IMG/VR virus record: IMGVR_UViG_3300008113_000144
Coordinates: 1-64,000 of that record
DNA: 64,000 nt
Source of the DNA: a virus
Direction: 5' to 3' (one strand)
Made by a program: the position numbers and the translations under genes. The stretch's first letter is position 1, and the number at the start of each line of letters is the position of its first letter. This document shows positions 18,946 through 29,600 of the stretch, in pieces. Below the pieces are notes generated by a model. It worked only from the letters and a program-made list of their open reading frames with translations, did no database searches and had not been told where the DNA came from.

Positions 18946-20635
18946 TCAGAACTCAATAACTAGCTTGATATCTTCGATTTGGTCAGGGGCTCTTGTGATG
19001 AGTCTTCTGTTTTCTACGTAGATAATTTCGCCAGAATTGTTTTCAATTTCTGGAGTAGCAACACCAGAAGCAAAAGTTACGCCACTAAGAACAGCATTAT
19101 TAGCGGTATCTACGTTACCTGAAGCAAGGGAAGAACCCCCAGTTACAGCATTAGCTCCGTTTGATTCAAATGCTCTTACTACACCATTATTTGTGTGTAG
19201 ATCTGGAGATTGGATATACTTAAGAACACCTGATGTGGTGCTTCCTGAATCCAATGTCCAAGAAACTACAGTACCAAAAGCAGTGCCACCAGTAACAGTT
19301 TGAGAAATAACTTCGTCTGCCTGATAATCAGCAGTAGCTCCAGTAATTTTTAGAGCACGAACACCGCTTAGAGTTGAAGTGGTAGCAAAAGTAGTAGTAC
19401 CAAAAGCATATGGATCCTTGATAATACCGATTCTACGGAAGTCGTTATCTACAGGGAAATCACCATTACCTTCAGCATAGGTTAAGCGAATGTTTGTCAT
19501 TACACGCTTACCATTAAGCTCCATTTCCATGTCGAACTGAAGCATATGTGTATCCAGTGCCAGCAGCAACTACAGATACGCTAGTTACAGCACCACCGCT
19601 AACTACCAAGCTAACCTTACCACCAGAACCATCACCAATGATAGGAGCATAATGTGTGCCGTTTGGAAGGTTGGCACCAGCATTTTCAATTAGGGCAACA
19701 TGTACGGCACCATTTACAGCAGCAGCTTGTACAGCAACTCTAGAAGGCTCTGTAGGAGCTACAATAGGCATAAAGTCGGTAGAGAGGAAACGTAGTACAT
19801 CATCAGTTGGGATGGTATACATGTACTTCCAAACATATCCAGCAGTACCAGTTTCTTCAGTGAATAGACCACCAGAATAAGTACCTTGACCAGCCGAAGG
19901 AGTTGTCTTTGGCTCGTTGGTAGCGTTTTGACCAGTTGGGTTAGCGGGAGTTTGACCGTTATATAGACACTTAAATACTTCGTAATTTGAGTTAATTACG
20001 TAGAACTTAGCATCAGCAATTGAGGTAGCACCAGTAGCCGAAGCCTTACCAATTAGACCACCGCTACCTGGAGTAGCAGAGTAGTCAGGCTTCCACATGT
20101 CAAACTTAGGGTTAGCAACTAGATCCCAGTTGTAACGTCTAATAACTGTTCTAGCAAACTCGGAAGTAATTCTCTTAGCAGCAATGATGTCATCATAAAC
20201 ATCATACTTTTCTTTTTGGTTATCTAGAGGTACTGGGGGTACATCTTCAGTAGCGTAACGATAAACCCCAGTTAGAGCTTGAGCGCCAGTGTCAGCAACG
20301 CCGTTCCAACCTTTTAATGTCGAACCTACAGCAGGAGCAGAGCTAACGGTTGGTCCAATGCTATAAAGTAGGAGGCTATTTTCGTATACTTTTCTTACAA
20401 CTGCCTTAAATGTAGCAGAACCATAAGAAGAACCTACATAAACTTCGTCGCCATCGACGAAAGCAGTAGCATTTTTGTTATAAACTTCTAAGTAAGCATC
20501 CCAACGCTGAGGACGACCTACGAAAAAATACATTCTAGTTCTTTCGGCGCTAACGTCTGTACTGCCTTCCGAAAGAGATTCTAGAAACTGTTTAGCATTA
20601 AAAATTCTAAACTTATCTGAAATAATAGCAGCCAT
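18946..20635 (-). CDS. gp8: Baseplate wedge subunit gp8, split into two frames (19514-20635 and 18946-~19536)
   Basis: N-half has MAAIISDKFRIFNA, YxVFKCLYN and GYVWKYMYTI. C-half has ELNGKRVM, NDFRRIGIIKDP and NSGEIIYVENRRLITRAPDQIEDIKLVIEF. The frame changes at ~19535. Confidence 0.85.
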
Positions 20636-20670
20636 TGAAGAATCTCTCTATTGAAATTATTTGTCTGATT

Positions 20671-20684
20671 TATTTATATTTATA
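20671..20684 (-). promoter_or_regulatory. Tandem late promoters (TATAAATA x2)
   Basis: Two overlapping perfect T4 late consensus motifs upstream of gp8. Confidence 0.8.
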
Positions 20685-23600
20685 TCAAACCGAGTAAGGA
20701 ATGATATCATTTCCTGAATCTATGGTGCTAGATCCAGAAATTACTGTACAACCAGTAAAGGATGTTGAAGTCTTTCCTGTGTAAGAAATAACTGTATATT
20801 GGGTCGAAGAACCTTGGAATAAGTAACCAGATGTTGGGAATTTAGAAGTATTACCAACAACACTCAAGATATTTGTTGTTGAAAGATCTGTTAGTACAGA
20901 AAGTACAACAGGATTTTGAATTGATGGAGCAGCTAAATTGAATTTTGCTCCAGATAAAGTAATTGCTGAATATGGTCGTTCGGTAAAATCATCTACCGTA
21001 ATTGTTGGATATATGAAGGAAATTTCTTCGATACTAGTAGAAGTTGATAATAATCCAGTATCAATAAACTTATTATTTTCATATGTTTTCAAATTAAAGC
21101 CAGCATTTATTGAATAGTATGAAGTATAAAATTCGTCAAGTATTACAGCTTTATTTTCAACTTCTACTATTCCATTATTTCTTGTTAAAACTTCGTTGAT
21201 AGGATCTTCTAAAATTACCTCACCTGTTCTCGTAAGAACAACATTATCTAATATAATTGATTCAAGGTAATAATCTAAAGTTCCTGTTTTATAGAATCTA
21301 GTTACATCAGCATTTTTAGCTAACTTAGAAGATAACAGAGTTGATAATGTATATACAGTTAATGGAACGTCTAGGTTAGTGGTTATCGTATTAGACGTTT
21401 GAATATATGTATTGTCAGCGTATAGATTATGATTTAATTTTATTTCCCTAGAAATAGGATCAGATAAAATAGTAGTTAATGTGGATACTACGGATAAAGC
21501 ATTTGCTGCTAATACAGTAATATTAGTTGATTCTACTAAGTTAGTATTATCTAAACCAATATTGACAAAGTTTGTAATTAACCTATCACTAGTTACTAAA
21601 GAAGTGCTAAGTACACTAGATACAGAGCTAAATGTATAATCAACTTCTGTTGTAATTGTGGAAGAAGTAATTACATCTAATTCTAAGTTAATTGACTGTA
21701 CTGTTGTAATTTCTTTGTCTGTCTCACCAGACATTTGAACATTAACAGCATTCGATACATTTAATACTCCTGCTTCAGTAAGTGTAGAAACATAACTTTG
21801 AGTTGAGTAAATGTTAGTAACAACATTATATGATATTGGAGGAATTATAATTATTTCCTTAATAACATCAATTTCTTTTACATCAGGTACTTCAAAGTTA
21901 TATTGAGTATTAATTTCTCTTTCTACATCTTCTATTACACTCGCTTCTACAACCAACGAAATAGATTGTACTAATACTGTAGGCTGAGGAATAACTGTAG
22001 AAGTAACTTCTGTGGTGAATATAGTAGTTGGACCTACAGGAACAATAGAAATTAGTTCTGGTAAATGTCTTAGATAATCGCCAGCTTCATGTGTTGTCAC
22101 CGTTGTGCCAGCAGCACCTCTTTCTACACCAAGGAAACGATCAGAAAGTTTTCTAGCGTATCTAACAATTTCTTTACCGATAAGAAGTCTGCTAGCATCA
22201 GGGAATCTTCTGGTATCAGGAATATAAACAATAGTATCAGTTAGAGATAATGGAGCATCTAAGAAAGCACCAACATCATTTGTGGCATCTGAAGGAATTT
22301 CAATAATAGCATTGTTTAAAATTTTGTTTATATTAACAGTAATTTCTCTGTCAATCGAAGATATTGTTGAAGAAGAAACAATATCTGCTGGTACATCAAT
22401 AATAGAAGTAATTTGTCTTGATGTAATATAATTTAAAGGATCAGCAATCGAAGTTCTAGAATCAATTAAGATTTCTGTGTCAAATTTTTGCTGAGCAGTA
22501 GCTAAAACTTTTGGTTTTGGCGTAATAATTTGAGTTACAAATCTATCTAATTCTTTTTTATCAAGTAATCCACCAAAAGTAATTAAAGAGAAAATACCAA
22601 GAGCAGCAGGACCAGAACCAGAAATAGTAATAGTAGAAGTTGTGCTATGCTCCGTTGTAATTGCTATACTAGAAGAAATATTTAATACTGTAGAGGAATC
22701 AATCTTTCTAGTAGGTTGTTTAATTCTGTTATAACCTCTAGCCACAACAACTTTTGGTGGCTGAGTATAACCAGAACCACCATCAACTAAAACAATATCA
22801 AGTATTTGACCACCATAAGCAATTACTTCTGCCTTAGCTCCACCGCCATTACCATCAACTGGAATGAAATAAACTTTTGGAGTGGTGTAATATTGATATG
22901 CTGTTGGTTGTAATAAAATTCCTCTTTCAAAATAAAGTTGTAGGTCTCTCTTATTGTATTCAATATCAGAAACATTTAACGAGCTAATAGAACCATCTTC
23001 AAAGTCTACATTGGCAGTAATACTTAATCCTTCTCCTCGTGTAATACCTTCGTAGTTTGTAGACCTTACTTTGGTATAAATTTGGTTTGAAATATATTCG
23101 GAAGGATTGTAATTTCTAGTGTTGACAAAATTAGGTAATGATAGTATTTCACGATAATCTAATTCACCATCAATTTGAATTTTATCACCAGGGTATAAAT
23201 TAGCATTCAACACATTCTTTTCTAGCCAAGCATCATCTCCTGCTTTAGTGTCAAATAACCAAGGAGAAATATTTCTCTTTAATATTCTATTTCCTTCGGA
23301 ATCTTCAGTGTAAGAATATTCAATTGAATCAACATTTGATATTGGATATTCTTTGTATTGTGTTGTTATTTGAGGAACAAAAATTGGTTCTCCTGATAAA
23401 ACATTTATTTCGCCATAATATGGACCAAAAACATCAACATAGTAATATTTTTGTACGGTGGTAGATTCTGTTAAGTTCCATGTAACAACACCATTAAAAG
23501 TGCCATTATTCTGTACAGCAGGAACTTCATAATTTTGATTGTAATATGATCCAGTATAACTGTTAACGAATATTCTATTATATACTGATGGATCTGAATC

Positions 23601-26600
23601 TAATTGATAATAATATATTGATGTTAAATCATTTGGAATTACCCAAGTAATTGTCCCATTTGACGTGCCATTATTAAGAATATTATTAGTTACAGGAGTT
23701 CTATTTCCAAATCCATCATCTTTTACAATAGACACCGAACTTGGAGAAGATATAACTAATTCTAATATATTATAAGCAGAAACAAAGATACTTGGATTTA
23801 CATCAGTAGGTCTTCCTGGATCTACAAAACCAGTTCCATTATAAGACAAAACAAATGTAGAAGTTTCACTATTTTGTGGTTCTAATCTATCTAAAATATA
23901 AAATGGTCTTCCTAGAGTGTTTACGTTAAATGTTACTGTATTTCCTTGTCTTAAGGTTAAAGTAGAATCGCTTAAATTTTGAGTAGGATTAAATGTTGTG
24001 GTAACATTCCAATCATTTGTTTCATCTGGAAAGGTAACATTATAGTTGTAACTAGCAGTATCTAACTGCTCAACTAAAATAAAAGTTTCTTCAAGTTCTT
24101 CTATATTAATAATTTTCAAGTCTGGGTCAGATAGATTTATAGTATCAGATAAATTATGATTTAATAATGTCACAATAATTTCATTACTTGATACTTTTTT
24201 AAATCCTCTTATGTATCCAAGAGTATTATCTCCTTCATTTAAAACAATTTTGAAAACAGATAGATCTGTGTAGAGGTCACTAAATGTCTGACTTACGTTG
24301 TTTCCAACGATAGTTACATCAATTGAATTATAATAAGTATCTGGTTCAAAATCATAGAATGTTAATGACTTTGGTAAATCTCTTCCATATACCAGTATAA
24401 TAGAAACTTGTTGATAAATTGTTTCTCCCGATTCAGAGATATATTTTTGGAGAGGATTCGTAAAGGTAATATTGGGTCCTACAATTTGATAAGAATCCCC
24501 TTCTCTTTGTAAAACACCATCAATTATAACAAAAGCATATAATGATTCATCAATTTTTCTTACTCTTCCTTCTAACTCATCAAGAATTAGATAAGGACCA
24601 CCCTTTCTAAATTCAATGAGTCTATTCTCGATAGTAAATCTTTCATAATTGCCAATAGTGTAGATAAAGCACTTCTCACTTCCTTTTAATTCGGAAGGTA
24701 ATTCGGTATCATATTGATCTTCCTGGTCAATTGGAGCGGAAGAAAATACAATTTTATCTGTAACGCTTGGATCTTCTGACCTTAAAATATAATAAGAATT
24801 ACCGAATTGAGTATCAGCAAAAGACTTAGAATTTTGAATAACTCCGTTTAGAGTTACAATTAAGTTTTCGTTTTGGTCTGTTTTGACAATAGAATTATCT
24901 TCATAGTATAAATCGAACGAAGTTTTAACTCCATCAAATTGATTTGATATCGATTTAATCTTTTTGAAGTATCTTGAATTTAATGAAGAATTTTTAAACT
25001 TAATCGCTCTACCATAGAATTTTTGTGGGCTGACTTCTTGCCCTTCTACAATTCTAGTACCAAATGGAGGTTGGGAGAATTTAATTGTTGTTCCAGAAAT
25101 TGTATAAGACTTTCCTGGCTCTTGTAGTATACCGTCTAAAGTTACAACAATTTGTTGTGGATTGTCTAAAAATAGTGGAGTATTTGTTTTGGTATTAATT
25201 AAAGTAAATTCTGTAGTGCCAACAACTTTACCTGTGTTTGGATCAAAATCTCCATCAAATTCTGGAGACAATCTTACATTATATGCTAATGTTTCCGAAG
25301 AATCAAATGTATCTACGGAAACAGCTCCTAGACCTCTTTCTACAAGTAATGATTCATATTTTACAACAGTATTAGTTACATATTTTCTAGTATCAATTAC
25401 AGTGATATTTACTGGCGCTAGAGTAATTACACTATAAGTTTCTACTGTTTTTTGATCGGATGGCATCGTGATTGAGCTATCCGTTTCAATTAATACTTCA
25501 CCAAATAATTGGAAACCTGCTGGGTGAGTGGTTTCTTTAATCAAATCTTTCCAAACTTCAATTGGAGTTTTTGATTTAATTACATAAGAATAATCTTGGT
25601 AGAAATACGAATCTAATAATTTCTGTGAGTTTGCTCCAACCTTTCCTTTGTCGGATGAATAAAATCCTAAGTTATCATAATATGATCTAATGTCAGGATT
25701 AAATTCTGTACTTAGTTGTGATACTAGAATAGCAGTTCTAGTAACGTCTTTGCCGAAAATAGGATAGTTATTTTCAAATATGCCTTGAATGTTTTCTACT
25801 TTTAATAAATTACTACCAGCACGCCAACCATTTTTTGATACTTTTGCTTTTGCTCCAGTGAAAGGTTGAGTTATAGTTTCTCCAGGGAAGAAATCATAAT
25901 CATTAAAATCTTTAAGTAAAAATGTGGTATTTGATTTGTACTTAGCTAGTGTTGTTTTATCGGCATTAAAATAATAACCATTATTAACTATACTAATATT
26001 TTGTGGTACGCCAATAGTTTCAGACTCTAGGAAAATACTTACGTCTGTTTCAATTATTTTTACGGTTGGTTTTTCTGTAAATTTACCACCGTTTAAAACG
26101 AGAATTGATGTAACTTTACCACTTTCTTGAATACATTTAAATTCGTATTCTGATTCAGAATCAATGATAATAGCTTTTGGTTTTGAATAATTAATTCCTT
26201 GCTGGATAATATCAAAACCAACAACAGTTTTGTTTAAAGTATCGTAAATAGGATCAACTAAACATTCGTATTCAGCAGAAGGAAGAACTCCATCAACTGT
26301 AGGTATCTTTTTGTAATTTTGTCCAGTATTTGTAATTTTTATTTTATCAATTTTACCAATGGCAAATGGAGAAGTTGTGGTATACGTAATTACTCCTGTG
26401 CCATCATATTCTGGTATTGTAGATAATTTGTATACTAATTTTTTGCTAGTGGCATAAGATACTGTCTTTTCTCCAACCAAAGGATCATCTATAATCTTTA
26501 AGAAAGAATTGTTGGTATTAACATCTGGTGAAACTTTAATGAAATAAAAATAATTATTAAAATTAATTCTTCTTCTTTCTGTAAAATTATTATTTGAAAT

Positions 26601-29600
26601 ATTTGGACCAAATCCTAATTTGATAGTTACAAAAGATCCTGGGCTACCAGGAGAAACATTACTTACAAATTTCTCTTCTGTAAAAATGTTATAATTTGAA
26701 CTAGCTGAAAAATCTAGATATGTGTTAACCATGGAAAAATGGCTAACGTCAAATTTATATTTGTAATATTTTTGTATTTCAATAATTGGATTTGTTATTA
26801 AATTATCTTCTGTATTCTTAGAAAATTCTAAATTAAATTGAGGATCTTCTGCTGTTTTAATAGTTACTAGTTTAGCTGGTGTGCTAGAATCAAAGAAAAT
26901 AGAACTTTGAAGTATTTTTACTGGATTTGTAGTTCCGTAATCATATGAAACAAAAATTTCCTTCTTATTTTCATCATAAGAAATAATGTACGGAGTATTA
27001 GCTTGTTCGCCAAATGGACGATAATTTTCGGCAAATCTATAATTTCCTTCAAAAAGAGATACAGCTAACCCGTCAAAATGATTAGTTGGTCTAGTTCCTT
27101 TTTGACCTCTTTCTACACGAACAGATTTTTCTTCTATATCAACACTAGTAATTTGTACAATTTCTTCATTTAATTTCAAATAATCGCCAATTGATAAATT
27201 GGTGATGTTAGATAATTTTAGTGTTTCATTAGTAGCAGCAAAACCAACATGGTCTACAACAATGTACAATCTTTGTTCACTGCCAGTATTTGATAATCTA
27301 CCTAAATCTTCATCTGCTACAGTTAGAACATCTCCTGGCAAATAACCAGATCCTTTGTTCGTTATAGTAACTCTACGTACAGGACCATAACCTAAGCCAT
27401 CAATATTTGAGATTTCAATAGTAGCTTTTGCGTTATTTGGATTTCCTGGAAGACCAAGACCATCTCTTGCTTTTGTAGAATCTTGGAAGATTAATTCGAC
27501 ATTTTGATATGATTGAGCAAAAGTGTAATCAGATCCACTGTTTAAAACATCAGCACTACCAATTCCCCTGTCAACAATACGAGAATTGTGTGATATTTGA
27601 TTTAAAATTGCTTTTTGATATAATCTTTTTCTTACAAAATATGTAGTTTGTGTTTCAGCATCATTTGGTAAAACATCAACTGTAATTTTATCGCCAATAG
27701 CAACGTTATGATTTTCTTCTGTTTCTAAAATAGCAACTTTATCATCGATTTCAAAGATATTCAAATTTTTACTTAACGAGAATTTGCTAATAATTTTTGA
27801 TCTAGAAGTATCACCTAAATTACTGCTCTTTAAGAAATAGTTGTCATCAATGTTAAATTGACCACTAATAACTTTAATCTTCAAAGAATTTTGGCGAAGA
27901 ATGCCTTCAAGAACTTCTCCTGTTGCTATATCAGAATTAGCTTTTCCTTTGCCGTCAGTTAACGTTAAAATTGACCCCTTAGTAAAGGTAGAATTTTTGT
28001 CTAGGATCAATGTTAAAACTTCAGTTGAAGATGAGATTGGATCAGTTAAGTTAAATTGTCCAGAAACATTCCTTAGAACAAATTCGCTATCATTTATAAC
28101 ATCACCTATTAAAACACCACCAGCTTGATTACCATCACTTTGATTTTGAGTAATGACATCTCCTTCAAACAGATAAGCAATTTTGTCAATTCTTATTTGA
28201 ACAGCTTTAGTCTGTTCTGATTCTAACGAAACAACATCTTTTCCTTGTACAGAAGAAACGTTAGCTTCTGCTCCAAAACCTTCTGTTAAAAAGTCATTGA
28301 TTGAAATAAAAGAATTTACTGAAAAATTAGGAAGTGAATTATAAACAGCAGCTTTCGATACCGTACCAGATTTTACATCTTTGATAAATCCAATAAAGTT
28401 TAATCCGTTTTCCTCAAAATCAGAAGTTTTTAATCTCTTTACATTTGTAGGAATATCATCCTGTGAAATTTTTGAATTGTAGTTAGAGTCAACAGGCAAT
28501 GAATAATAGTTATTGCCCAGAACATATGGGAAAACAGGCGTGTTGCTTGAATTGATTGACAAGAAATAAGCATAAACACCATTTGGATAATCTGGTGTTA
28601 CACAGAATCTGCCATTATTTTGATCTAGTTCAAGTTTTCCTGATTGTACACTAGGAACCCATGTGTAGTCATCAATGAAAGTACCCAATGGATATTCAGT
28701 AATAGAAGGACCATTGGGACGAGAATTTTTTAATTGATAGCCACTTGAAAGTCTAGCAATAGAAGAATTACTATTAACTGGATCAGAATATCCATAAGGT
28801 CCATATATTGGATTGCCATCATAAGCATATCCAATAATAGGAGAATGTTTTAATGTTGCTGTTTGCTCGTAAGCAGAAGTTAAATTATCGTTAATTCTTT
28901 TTCTTAAAACTACTGGGTTAGCTACTACACCATACCCATATTTTCTTGAAATATCAAAATTTTCAAAGACGTATGAATTGTTTGTGTCTAATGAATTTTT
29001 AAGTTTTTCGTATCTATTTTTTACCCAACGCTTGATTTTAGCCGATGCTTGAGCACCTTTTCCTACAGGATCTACAAAAATAGAAACATATCCTCTTGTA
29101 TAAAATCTACCACCACTGATTCTTTTACAAGATTCAATTTTTCCATCAGTAGTTAAGATTGCTTCGTATTCGGCAAAATTACCTTTACCCAATTCATCAA
29201 TAATTCTAATGATAGGTGGCGACGAATAGTATTGACCTGGATTATCTACTTTTATACTTGTAATTCTTCCTTCTGTTACAACAGCAGATAATTTTGCTCC
29301 TTCGCCAGATGTAATTCTAATTACAGGATCTTCTTGATAGTTGTCATCTGAAATTAAAGTTATTTCTCCAACTGTTTGTCCAGACAAAGATGACAAAGCC
29401 TTATTTGGTTGCTCGTTAATTAAAACATAAGGAGCAGCTTCGTAACCATTGCCCTTGCTATCAATAGTAATTGTTTCAATCTTACCAAATTTTACAGAAT
29501 CAAAATCTTTGTAACTAAAGATTGGAGTTCCATCAACTAAAATACCTACATCTCTATTTGTAGTTTGATATACTTCAGTTGTTGTAGTTGGATTTTTTCT

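Noticed and set aside
19500-19570. Programmed ribosomal frameshift or intron in gp8
   Set aside because: No slippery heptamer or intervening sequence; conserved residues appear missing rather than shifted
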